From contig CAZWRA010000001.1 of assembly GCA_964635995.1 (NCBI GenBank), forward strand, positions 226 to 64,225: DNA of 64,000 nt, written 5' to 3'. Below the pieces are notes generated by a model. The model worked only from the letters and a program-made list of their open reading frames with translations. It made no database searches and was not told the DNA's origin. Shown piece after piece: positions 1 through 8,763 of this stretch (the stretch's first letter is position 1; the number at the start of each line of letters is the position of its first letter). The DNA is from an uncultured Candidatus Saccharibacteria bacterium. GTDB lineage: Bacteria > Patescibacteriota > Dojkabacteria > J137. The translations under genes and the position numbers were made by a program.

Positions 1-896
1 CAGAATCAGAAAAAAGTTCACTTCTAGTAGGTGCAAATATATTAGGTACTGATGATTTATTACAACAAGGTGGTTCTATCGATACTGTTTTATTATCTTC
101 TTCAGATAACGTTTTAACTGTTAACTGGACAGAACATACTGTTGCAGATAACGAGATACTAGAAGACATAGAGAAAAAATATAATGTTACAAGAAAAACG
201 ATTCAATCAGCAAATGCAAAAACCTATCCTTCTCTTTTCTTAGGAGAGCAAATTGAAGCTGGATGGATTCTACGAATACCTGATATTAACGGTATTGTTC
301 ATGAGGTTAGAATGGGTGAAGATATAGATTCAATTGTTGAAAGATATGCTGGTGAAGGAAATCAGGAGGCTAATAGATTTAACATCATTGAATTTAATGC
401 AATTACTCCTCCTTATAAGCTAGAAGTAGGGCAATTGTTGTTTATTCCCGACGGTAATACAGCCTTATTAAGTGTTGAGGATGTAGATTTAGATCAGCTT
501 ATTGGAGCGTTTATTGATCCTTTAGCACACCCAGAATGCTCAGGATACTCTTTCTCTCGAGGTTTCATTTCTTACCATAACGGAGTTGATTTGGCTAAGG
601 GGGGAGGATGTCCTATTGTAGCTATTGCGGATGGTCTAGTTGAATATGCTGGTTGGGCAAGTGAAGGACAGGGATATATGGTTAGAATTAATCACGGTGG
701 AGGTATTAAAACTGAATATTTCCATGGAAATGGCGAGTATTATATAAAAGCTGGAGATGTTGTTGATCAAAATCAGCCAATTATGCATATGGGATCGACA
801 GGAAACAGTACAGGAACTCACTTACATTTAATACTTTGGTATAAAGGTGTTGCAATAAATCCTCGACCTTATGTACCATATATTGGAGCATATTAA
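1..896 (+). CDS. LysM-repeat / M23 (LytM) family peptidoglycan endopeptidase, 5'-partial (frame is open from the window edge; ORF track start at 312 is internal)
   Basis: C-terminal M23 motifs (HxxxD-like region, GSTGNSTGTHLHLIL). Upstream in-frame stretch has LysM-like repeats (…GQLLFIPDGN). No stop codon between nt 3 and 312 in this frame. Confidence 0.8.
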   Translation, partial: ESEKSSLLVGANILGTDDLLQQGGSIDTVLLSSSDNVLTVNWTEHTVADNEILEDIEKKYNVTRKTIQSANAKTYPSLFLGEQIEAGWILRIPDINGIVHEVRMGEDIDSIVERYAGEGNQEANRFNIIEFNAITPPYKLEVGQLLFIPDGNTALLSVEDVDLDQLIGAFIDPLAHPECSGYSFSRGFISYHNGVDLAKGGGCPIVAIADGLVEYAGWASEGQGYMVRINHGGGIKTEYFHGNGEYYIKAGDVVDQNQPIMHMGSTGNSTGTHLHLILWYKGVAINPRPYVPYIGAY

Positions 897-905
897 ATAA
901 ATTTC

Positions 906-2222
906 TTGAAAACTTCTAGGCAAGCAATATGGAACAGGGTTCTTATTATCTATTTTTATATATTTATAATAACTGTCGTCTTGTGGTTTTTAGAAAAAAA
1001 CTTCTATAGTATTGAACTTAATTCTTCTCAGATCTTTAGATATATTGGTCAAATAACAGGAGTACTGGCTATTAATTTTTTAGGATTAAACTATTTACTT
1101 TCTACTAGATTCCGGTTCATTGAAAATATTTTAGGTGGATTAGATAAACTATATAGAGTTCATATTTATACTGGCTTAACAGCTTTTGTTCTTCTATTAG
1201 CTCATCCAGTTTTTCTAAGTATTCAAAATATTGAGTTTAATGAAATATTTAGAAGTTATTTTATTCCTTATGAATCAAATGCACTTGCATTAAATTTAGG
1301 AATCGCAGGATTCTGGTTTTTTCTTGCAGTATTATTTTTTGCGAGTAACAGAAAAGTTTCATATACAGTTTGGAAAATAGTTCATGGATTTATTGGTATT
1401 CCATTATTGATAATATCAGCTCATATTGTCTTAGCTGGGAAATCATATGAATATATTCCTTTAGAAATGTGGACTTCTACATGGATTTTAATTGGAATAT
1501 TTTCTTATGTTTATAAACTTTTTCTTTATGATCATATAGGACCAGTTTTAATTTATACGGTTGAGAAAATAGATAAAACTGAAGAATTATTTGAAATATT
1601 TTTAAGACCTGTTGATAAAAGTTTGAAATTCAAAGCTGGACAATTTGCATTTTTGCAATTTTTAGGTTCAAAAATTTCAATGGAATCACATCCATTCACA
1701 ATTTCATCTGAACCTTCGAATTCAATGTTAAAATTTTCCATTAAGAAATTGGGAGATTGGACTAATAAGCTAGATCTTTTAGAAGTCGAAGATAAGGTAA
1801 AAGTAGCAGGACCATACGGTCATTTTCATACTGATAATTTGAGAAAGTCAAAGAAGCAAATTTGGATTGGGGGAGGTATAGGTGTGACTCCTTTTCTTAG
1901 TATGGCAAAAGATCAAAAATATTGTAAAAATTGTGAAGATATTTATTTAATATACTCCGATAATACTAGAAACCAAGCAGTATTTATAGATGAAGTTAAA
2001 TCATATGATAGTATGAATGAAAATTTAAGAACAATACTTCATATTTCAGATGATCAAGGTTTTTTAAATGCAGATCAAATAGAGAAATGGGTAGGTGGAA
2101 TCGAAGATACAGTATTTCTTATTTGTGGACCAAAACCAATGAGAGATGCTCTTTATAAACAATTAAGAAAGAAAGGAGTTAAAGATAGTGATATTGTTTT
2201 TGAGTTGTTTAACTTTAAGTAA
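906..2222 (+). CDS. Ferric reductase / NOX-like membrane oxidoreductase (N-terminal multi-TM domain + FAD-binding HPFTISS + NAD-binding GGGIGVTPF)
   Basis: Motifs HPFT(I)SS and GGGxGxTP are typical of the FRE/NOX FAD- and NAD-binding domains. The N-terminal region is hydrophobic. TTG start per ORF track. Confidence 0.75.
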   Translation: MKTSRQAIWNRVLIIYFYIFIITVVLWFLEKNFYSIELNSSQIFRYIGQITGVLAINFLGLNYLLSTRFRFIENILGGLDKLYRVHIYTGLTAFVLLLAHPVFLSIQNIEFNEIFRSYFIPYESNALALNLGIAGFWFFLAVLFFASNRKVSYTVWKIVHGFIGIPLLIISAHIVLAGKSYEYIPLEMWTSTWILIGIFSYVYKLFLYDHIGPVLIYTVEKIDKTEELFEIFLRPVDKSLKFKAGQFAFLQFLGSKISMESHPFTISSEPSNSMLKFSIKKLGDWTNKLDLLEVEDKVKVAGPYGHFHTDNLRKSKKQIWIGGGIGVTPFLSMAKDQKYCKNCEDIYLIYSDNTRNQAVFIDEVKSYDSMNENLRTILHISDDQGFLNADQIEKWVGGIEDTVFLICGPKPMRDALYKQLRKKGVKDSDIVFELFNFK

Positions 2223-2225
2223 ATA

Positions 2226-2296
2226 TTCGGAGGCAGGGATTCGAACCCCGATAGTTGGTTCCAGAAACCAAAGTCCTACCTTTAGACGACCTCCGA
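2226..2296 (-). tRNA. tRNA-Gln (anticodon CUG)
   Basis: Manual cloverleaf fold of the reverse complement: acceptor TCGGAGG/CCTCCGA, D-loop with GG, anticodon stem TTGGT/ACCAA, loop TTCTGGA (U33-CUG), T-arm CGGGG-TTCGAAT-CCCTG, U1-A72, discriminator A. CCA not encoded. Confidence 0.75.
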
Positions 2297-3136
2297 TCAC
2301 TTTATTAAGAATAGAATTGCTGTTGCTAATAATACCATACTAAGATACTTTCCTAAAATTGAGGTTTCAAGCTTTTTTGTATCAAAATAGATCTCTGTTA
2401 AAGCTAAAAGTGAGTAAAAAGTCAGAACAACATGAAGACCTATAAAAGAGCTGGGGACATCTTTAAAACCTAAATTTAAAATTAAAAGCACTATCGAGCT
2501 TATGTATGCTATTGATGATGAATTAAAGAAAATTACATCTTTTGAATTCCTCTTATAATAGTTAAGAGTTATTAGTAAAAAGAAAAGAATAAAGAAAAAC
2601 AAGATAAAGACAACGAAAGAAAGATATATGTTCAAAGTTTCAGAAAAGATCTTGTGAACAGAAATGGAAAGGAGATAAACTAAAATTAATTTATGTGAAT
2701 CAATTCCAACACCTTCATATGATTTAACCCTCATTTCTTCTTCATGGTTTGAATCAACATACTTAAATAAACCAACAAATCCTAAAAATAAAATGATTGA
2801 AGAAAGAAAATAAGAAAACCCAGATCCACCGCTTAAACCATAAATCATTAAAATAACTAGGTTTACAACTGGAATAAAAATAACGTTAAATAGGAAAGTT
2901 TTTCTAATTGTTTTATTATCTTTAGGAAGAGATAAATTGTTAAATTTTAATAAATCACCGTAAAGCAAAAAAATCTCAATCAAAAATATAAAAACTGAAG
3001 ATATAAAGAATATTAAAAAGTTTCTTAGATTTTGTGCAATTGTAAACTCTTCCACACTTAGAAAGGTTCCTAATAAAATAGCTATTGAAAAAAAAGAGTA
3101 TCTGGCGTATCTTAAAACATGTTTACTATTTTCCAT
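2297..3136 (-). CDS. Polytopic integral membrane protein, function unknown
   Basis: Long ORF of mostly hydrophobic segments (at least 8 predicted TM helices by eye). No recognisable catalytic motif. Confidence 0.5.
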   Translation of the reverse strand: MENSKHVLRYARYSFFSIAILLGTFLSVEEFTIAQNLRNFLIFFISSVFIFLIEIFLLYGDLLKFNNLSLPKDNKTIRKTFLFNVIFIPVVNLVILMIYGLSGGSGFSYFLSSIILFLGFVGLFKYVDSNHEEEMRVKSYEGVGIDSHKLILVYLLSISVHKIFSETLNIYLSFVVFILFFFILFFLLITLNYYKRNSKDVIFFNSSSIAYISSIVLLILNLGFKDVPSSFIGLHVVLTFYSLLALTEIYFDTKKLETSILGKYLSMVLLATAILFLIK

Positions 3137-3201
3137 ATCTCATGTTAATCTCTAAAAATTTTAATAATTATAGCCTCATTAAATTTTAATGTCTTCTATA
3201 G

Positions 3202-4713
3202 ATGAAAAAATATAGCCTACGATTTCAGTTTACAGATAGAGTCTTCAAATTTACAGTGCCGGGAATAGGAAATAATTTAAATTTCAAGCAAAGACTGTTA
3301 GAAATTGCGACTTCTTTACGAAGCAGTATTTTCTTACTCTTTCTAAGTTTAATTCCTGTTTCAATGTATTTTTATGATCAGGTCTCCCGAGTAGGTTTAG
3401 AGAGTTCACTTTTGATATACCTGACCTTAGGATTATTGGTTGTTTCATCTTTTTACATAATTGAAGTATTTATTGTATCGAGAGAAAGAGTTATAGATCC
3501 TAAAGGATCATTTGCAATCCTAATTTTCGGACTTTTAGTAACAGCATCTTCAGCATTTTTAGTTTTTACTGATTATGAGTCGTCAGAAAATACTTTTGGG
3601 GACGTGTCTGAGATTGCAATAAAAGGATTAGCTGGTCTAACAATTATTATTCTAATGGGGATTTATTATTATATTAGCCTTCATAGATTTCAATATGGTA
3701 AAGGAAAAAAACTGCTTACGTCCTTTGGAATTGGTTTAATTATTTTTGGGTTAATAGGATTAGTGGATGAAAGATTAAGTTTAGATTTACTTGTATATCT
3801 TGTTGGAATTCCAATATTATTTGCAGCTTTTGCAGTTACTACTGGGAAGTTCTTAAAGCTATTGCTTGGAGCTGGTATTGGTTTGTCTATTTATAATATT
3901 GTAAGATTTCCTTGGTTTGAAGATGCTTACACTATATTTCTAACATCATTGGTTATTACTTCATTAATAATTTCATATTTTGTATTTTCTTTTGGATTTG
4001 ATCATTTATCTAACTATTTATCAAATTATAGAAAAGATTTAATATCAATTTTTGAATCAATAAGAAAGTTTAAATTTATTAATTCTGAAGTTTTTCAAAA
4101 GGTTTTGAAAATATTGATTCTTCCTTCTTTAATAATCTTACCTATAACGATTCTTTTGTTAGCTTTATTTTTAATTGGAAATGGTATTAGAACTGAAGTC
4201 TTTAATGGAGTTCTAATAAGTTATGAAACAGCATTTTCAAGAATAAACGATGATCTTATTACTCTAATAACTGGAACAGGAGCTGGGCTAACAACTGTGA
4301 ACTTTCCACTAGGTGCTTCTATAATAATTGCAAATGGAATATTAGGGGTTATTGGATATCTAGTTCTTTATATTTTTGCATTTATAGAAAGTATTAAATT
4401 ATTAATTAAAGAATCAAAAACTCTTTTACAATTCTTTGTAAAAGTATGTTTAACAACAGTAATAATATTTGTTCCAATTTTCTCACTATTCGCTTATCCC
4501 TCATTATTTGTGATTCTTTCATGGTGGGTAGTTCTTTCATTAATTTTAGAAAATAAGTATAAAAATAAATTTATTTATACTCCTGAAATCGAGTCATCAA
4601 TAAAGCAAAGGAGATTTACAAAAATTATTAAGACACTAAGTTTATTGACACTGTTTATTATCTCGTATATCTTGGTATATACAGTAATTAATAACATTGG
4701 AATTTTATTTTAA
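3202..4713 (+). CDS. Large polytopic membrane protein (at least 10 TM), possibly a Wzy/O-antigen-polymerase-like or other glycan-handling permease; function unknown
   Basis: 503-aa ORF that is almost entirely hydrophobic helices with short loops. Assignment beyond membrane protein is speculative. Confidence 0.5.
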   Translation: MKKYSLRFQFTDRVFKFTVPGIGNNLNFKQRLLEIATSLRSSIFLLFLSLIPVSMYFYDQVSRVGLESSLLIYLTLGLLVVSSFYIIEVFIVSRERVIDPKGSFAILIFGLLVTASSAFLVFTDYESSENTFGDVSEIAIKGLAGLTIIILMGIYYYISLHRFQYGKGKKLLTSFGIGLIIFGLIGLVDERLSLDLLVYLVGIPILFAAFAVTTGKFLKLLLGAGIGLSIYNIVRFPWFEDAYTIFLTSLVITSLIISYFVFSFGFDHLSNYLSNYRKDLISIFESIRKFKFINSEVFQKVLKILILPSLIILPITILLLALFLIGNGIRTEVFNGVLISYETAFSRINDDLITLITGTGAGLTTVNFPLGASIIIANGILGVIGYLVLYIFAFIESIKLLIKESKTLLQFFVKVCLTTVIIFVPIFSLFAYPSLFVILSWWVVLSLILENKYKNKFIYTPEIESSIKQRRFTKIIKTLSLLTLFIISYILVYTVINNIGILF

Positions 4714-4716
4714 GTA

Positions 4717-5394
4717 GTGTCAAGAGGTAAAAAACTTACAATTGCAGTTCTTTTAGTTCTAACGCTTGCTTTAGCAGCTATCTCAACTTACGTAGCTCTA
4801 ACTTTAAATTCCGAACGAACTCCAGATGTAGGAGTTTCTGGATTTGGAGATTATGCAACTAGAGATTTATACGAGAACATAACTGTTTTCTTCGGAGGGA
4901 AAGACTGTGATGAATTTCTAAATAGTAATTTTTTTACTAATCAGACATTTGATAATTCGACTGTGTTTTCTTTCTCAAGTATTGAGAATAATTTAGAGGA
5001 TTTCGGTGCCTATGAATATCTTCCAACTTCATGTTCATATGTTTTACAAAATGATAATCGATTAAATTTCTTAGTTTATTCTTATGACTATGACTCATTT
5101 ATTGCAGAGTCAAGAGAAGAACTTTACTCAAGAATAAATGTTTTTGATCAAGTTCTAGATGAAGGAACATTTTCTAATACTGACTATTTTTTTGGAATTG
5201 AAAATGACAAATGTGTAACTCATTTCTTTCAATTAGATAATGAATTTGAGTATGCAAGATTAGAATACAACGTGGGTGAGTTAGATTGTTCAACTTTAAT
5301 AGAAGATAATAAAGCATTTAGTTCTAGAATATCTAGTGAATTAAATGAAACTGTTGAAACTGTAGAATATGTTACTAAATTAGAGTCAATATAA
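4717..5394 (+). CDS. Secreted / membrane-anchored protein with N-terminal signal-anchor; unknown function; likely co-transcribed with the downstream Cys-rich surface protein (TAATG overlap)
   Basis: GTG start directly after the upstream stop. N-region SRGKK followed by a hydrophobic h-region. Acidic, aromatic-rich mature part. Confidence 0.45.
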   Translation: MSRGKKLTIAVLLVLTLALAAISTYVALTLNSERTPDVGVSGFGDYATRDLYENITVFFGGKDCDEFLNSNFFTNQTFDNSTVFSFSSIENNLEDFGAYEYLPTSCSYVLQNDNRLNFLVYSYDYDSFIAESREELYSRINVFDQVLDEGTFSNTDYFFGIENDKCVTHFFQLDNEFEYARLEYNVGELDCSTLIEDNKAFSSRISSELNETVETVEYVTKLESI

Positions 5395-8300
5395 TGAATA
5401 ATAAAATTCTTTTACTACTTGGAATACTTGTTTTATTTGTTGGAGGAATTCTCTCTTTCCTTTTTGTACAAGGAGGTGGAAAGCTTCCTTTTGATGCTGG
5501 TGTTAGTAGTTGTGCAAATCCTGCTGATTTTCCTTGTGGACCTATAACATGTCCTGACGGAACTACTTTTGGCTCAGATCCATGTACTCCAGCTGGTTTT
5601 GGTTCATGTGGAGCTCGAGAAGCACAAGCTTGTGCTGGTCACCAAGGCGGTGGTGGTAATACTTGTAGTGGAGCTGGAAACGCAGGTGCTTGCGGAACTG
5701 TAGGACAAGTTGTAGCTTATTCAGGCGGTACATGTATATGTACAAGAACAACAGGAACACTTTGTGCATGTGTACCTTCAAATGGTTCAGGATGTGTGCA
5801 TGTGAATGATGGATGTAATTCAGTGGGAGAATCATGTAGTAAAGGAGGTCAGTATGGAACCTGCATAAATAACGGTAATGAAACTGTAAATGGAGTTGTT
5901 GGAATTAAATGTTCATGTAAAGTAGCTCCTGTTCAAGGTTCTGTTTGTGGTAATGGTAGTTGTGAACAGGGTGAGACTAATCAAAGTTGCCCAACAGATT
6001 GTAATAGTGAATGTGGAAATGGAACATGTAATGCAGGGGAAAATGTTAACAACTGTCCTGCAGATTGTACTTCAAATGGTGATCAGCAATGTGTGTCTGA
6101 TGGACAGTGCGGCAGCACTCAATATTGTGATTTAAATTTTAGAAAATGTTTATCTAAAAAAGGTGAAAATGGTTCATGCTCAGCTAGCAATCAATGTTTA
6201 AATGGAGACTGTGTAGATGGTCTTTGTGCAAAAACATGTACAAGGAGATCAGATTGTAATGTAGGTCAGTATTGCGAGAGCGGAACATGTAGAGCTGCAA
6301 AAGCTAACGGAGCTAATTGTGGGACCGCAGATGAATGTATTAGTAGAATTTGTGAAGGTGGACTTTGTCTTGCACAGGGAACTGGAACTAGCGGATGTTC
6401 ATTCGATTCAGATTGTACTAATGGACAAATTTGTAGCCCAACAACAAAAACATGTATAACTCCTGGAACTAATAATGATTGTACTAGTAATTCTGAATGT
6501 GCTGCTGGTTATATTTGTGCTTCAAATAGATGTAGACAAGAGGTAGACGATTCAGATCCTAATGTATCTTGCGTAAGTGGACGTTATTATTGTGGACCTG
6601 ATTTTGGTTGTGCTCTAGGTTCAGGAAAAATTTGTAATAATGGAAGTATTTCAGGTTCAACTTGTACTGTAGCTGACGCTTGCGCTTATCAGGTGCAAAG
6701 TGGAAATGTTAGTCCTGGAGGCTCTTGTGTAGGAGTAACTAGACTTAGTGCTGGAGAATCTTCAAGAGGAGGTTTTGTTGGATGTAATGGGACTCAAAAT
6801 TGCTTCTGCCCTCACCAATCAGGAGTAGGCGTAGGAGGAATATATTCAGGAGGTTCAGTAACTTGTTTTGAAGATATTGGTGGAGACTCATGTGGTGCTA
6901 CTGATAATCCAGAACCTCCAATAACTGGGGGTAACCAGCCAATTTGTAGTCAATCATGTTCAACATCTAACCCATGTTCAGATGGAACTAGTTGTATTAA
7001 TGGTGTATGCAGAAATCCTGATTGCCCAAATGATGCGGACTGTAGTTGTAACACTACTCTTCCTATTTGTAATCAAACATGTAACCAAAATAATTGTGCT
7101 GACGGTACAAGCTGTGTTAACGGTACTTGTCAAAATCCAAGTTGTTTAAATGATGCAGATTGTATTTGTTCTATAGACTCAACACCTTATTGTGGAGATT
7201 CAATCTGTCAGGCTGGTGAAACTTGTGAAAGAGCAACTGCTGGTTCAAGTAACTTCAGAGATTGTACAACTAATATATTAGTACCTGAATGTAGAGGAAT
7301 TGCTACTCAACCTCCAACTCCTGCTGGTGTATGTAATTATTGTGGAGATGGAGTTGTAAATGGTCCTGAGGAGTGTGATTATAATTCCCCAGGATCTGAA
7401 AATTGTGATACAAATTGTACCCAAACAATTTCTGCATGTATTTCACTTGAAGAGAATGGACCTGATCCATTACGATCTGGAGAAGGCAATGTTGTAGAAT
7501 ATACATTAACATATAGTCAATCTGGAACTGGTAATCCTTTCCCTTCAATTGTACTTAGAGTAGGTCCAGCTGGTGGAGCTGTTGGTAGAGATGCAAATAA
7601 TACAACTAGTGCATTAGTAAGACCATTCGCAGTTCCTGCAGCAAATGATACCGGAAATACTAAAACATATAAATTCTTATGGGAAGCTGCTGAAACAAAT
7701 GGAAATGCTGTTGCTGATGGAACTTATGATGTAAGAGTTCTATTACAAGGGACAGACAGTACAGCAATCTCTACAGCCGCTTGTCAGGAAACAATTACTG
7801 TTTCTTCAACAACAACACAATCAACAGTATTTACTATTGTAAAATCATCAGCAGAAGTTTGTCTTTCAAATGGAGATGCAAGAATTAACTATACAATTAG
7901 AGTGACAAACACTGGACCTGTTGAAGGTACTATAACAGAAGTTACTGATACACTTGACTCAGATGTTGTTTCTGCAGGAATCATTCCATCAAACATAAAT
8001 CCAACTTATGGGACATATTCTTCAGGAGTTATTACTTGGGTTGGAAGTGCAACAGACAGAACTTATACTTCTGGACAATCAAAAACATTTACTTACGATT
8101 TAACAATTCCTGCTGCATTAGTACCTTCATTTACACAAAGAGGTGTAGATAATGAGGCTACAGTAAGACACGAAAACAATGTTTCTACCCATGAAGTAAA
8201 CACACCAGTATCATGTACAATTAAAGTACCTCAAAAGAAGGTTCCAGAAACTGCTGTATTTAGTGATCCATCTCTTTACGTAATATTTGGCTCACTATTA

Positions 8301-8435
8301 GTTGTTACAGGAATAGTTGTATATAAACTAAACATTGGTAAATTAGCTGTAAGTGGACTAGGTGGAATCTCAATTCCAACTTCAAAAAGTTCATTTGAAA
8401 AGAATGCTCTTGGAGATATTAAAAAGAAAAAATGA
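5394..8435 (+). CDS. Giant cysteine-rich cell-surface protein: N-terminal signal anchor, about 600 aa of tandem 6-Cys EGF-like/Cys-knot-like modules, a Myxococcus-type cysteine-rich repeat (CGDGxxxxxEECD…), DUF11-type (conserved repeat domain) Ig-like repeats, C-terminal VPETA + TM + basic tail
   Basis: Repeated modules C-x4-6-SD-x-D/Q-C-x2-GQ-x-C-x4-6-C (e.g. CVSDGQCGSTQYCDLNFRKC, CTRRSDCNVGQYCESGTC, CSFDSDCTNGQICSPTTKTC). CGDGVVNGPEECDYNSPGSENCDTNC matches the DUF4215/Myxo cys repeat. INYTIRVTNTGPVEGTITEVTDTLD matches the DUF11 signature. Hydrophobic C-terminal segment LYVIFGSLLVVTGIVVY. Confidence 0.7.
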   Translation: MNNKILLLLGILVLFVGGILSFLFVQGGGKLPFDAGVSSCANPADFPCGPITCPDGTTFGSDPCTPAGFGSCGAREAQACAGHQGGGGNTCSGAGNAGACGTVGQVVAYSGGTCICTRTTGTLCACVPSNGSGCVHVNDGCNSVGESCSKGGQYGTCINNGNETVNGVVGIKCSCKVAPVQGSVCGNGSCEQGETNQSCPTDCNSECGNGTCNAGENVNNCPADCTSNGDQQCVSDGQCGSTQYCDLNFRKCLSKKGENGSCSASNQCLNGDCVDGLCAKTCTRRSDCNVGQYCESGTCRAAKANGANCGTADECISRICEGGLCLAQGTGTSGCSFDSDCTNGQICSPTTKTCITPGTNNDCTSNSECAAGYICASNRCRQEVDDSDPNVSCVSGRYYCGPDFGCALGSGKICNNGSISGSTCTVADACAYQVQSGNVSPGGSCVGVTRLSAGESSRGGFVGCNGTQNCFCPHQSGVGVGGIYSGGSVTCFEDIGGDSCGATDNPEPPITGGNQPICSQSCSTSNPCSDGTSCINGVCRNPDCPNDADCSCNTTLPICNQTCNQNNCADGTSCVNGTCQNPSCLNDADCICSIDSTPYCGDSICQAGETCERATAGSSNFRDCTTNILVPECRGIATQPPTPAGVCNYCGDGVVNGPEECDYNSPGSENCDTNCTQTISACISLEENGPDPLRSGEGNVVEYTLTYSQSGTGNPFPSIVLRVGPAGGAVGRDANNTTSALVRPFAVPAANDTGNTKTYKFLWEAAETNGNAVADGTYDVRVLLQGTDSTAISTAACQETITVSSTTTQSTVFTIVKSSAEVCLSNGDARINYTIRVTNTGPVEGTITEVTDTLDSDVVSAGIIPSNINPTYGTYSSGVITWVGSATDRTYTSGQSKTFTYDLTIPAALVPSFTQRGVDNEATVRHENNVSTHEVNTPVSCTIKVPQKKVPETAVFSDPSLYVIFGSLLVVTGIVVYKLNIGKLAVSGLGGISIPTSKSSFEKNALGDIKKKK

Positions 8436-8728
8436 TTGAAGCATTATTCTGGGTAGTTTTAAGATCAGTTGCAATTCCTTATATAGCTTTTCTTATTCTA
8501 AAAGATACATTTTTAGGTGAAGAAGGTGCGTTACTAGCAATAGGAATTGCTTTACTTATTGTTACAATTATTTCTATTACATTAAATGCTATTAAGATTA
8601 TAGGAAACATACTGCTTTTAAGAGGCGAGAAAGTTATAATTCTAATCCTAAAAATAGCTATTCAAGTTCTTGTAGTATTATTTATCTGGATACACTACTT
8701 CTCACAATATTCTGATTTACTAAATTAA
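8432..8728 (+). CDS. Small membrane protein (2-3 TM), unknown; ATGA start/stop overlap with upstream gene
   Basis: 98-aa hydrophobic ORF translationally coupled to the 1013-aa gene. Confidence 0.4.
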   Translation: MIEALFWVVLRSVAIPYIAFLILKDTFLGEEGALLAIGIALLIVTIISITLNAIKIIGNILLLRGEKVIILILKIAIQVLVVLFIWIHYFSQYSDLLN

Positions 8729-8763
8729 TTACTCTTTTTAGGCTATAATTAGAGGATTATTAC

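Noticed and set aside
3202-5394. 503-aa membrane ORF and 225-aa secreted ORF being one gene split by a stop (they are in the same frame, separated by TAA + 1 codon)
   Set aside because: The 225-aa ORF begins with a textbook signal-anchor (SRGKK + hydrophobic core) right at a GTG, consistent with an independent, translationally coupled gene. Same-frame adjacency has a 1/3 chance expectation.
5563-7548. ORFs 5563..5835(-), 5947..6135(+), 7303..7548(-) inside the 1013-aa gene; likewise 636..821(-) and 1553..1741(-) in the first two genes, 58655..59431(-) in dnaE, 62476..62766(+) and 63292..63651(+) in the RND gene, 33157..33351/33240..33626/33638..33871/34217..34480(+) opposite pilC/pilB, 40153..40416(+) opposite rarA, 44627..44908(+), 46988..47248(-), 50685..50891(+), 51982..52206(+)
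   Set aside because: Each is embedded in or antisense to a longer ORF with clear homology and has low-complexity or His/Leu-rich translation typical of out-of-frame reading.
5394-8435. Locally elevated GC in the Cys-rich gene as evidence of horizontal transfer
   Set aside because: The GC rise is accounted for by amino-acid composition (Gly GGN, Cys TGT, Ala GCN, Thr ACN). Third positions remain A/T-biased like the rest of the window.
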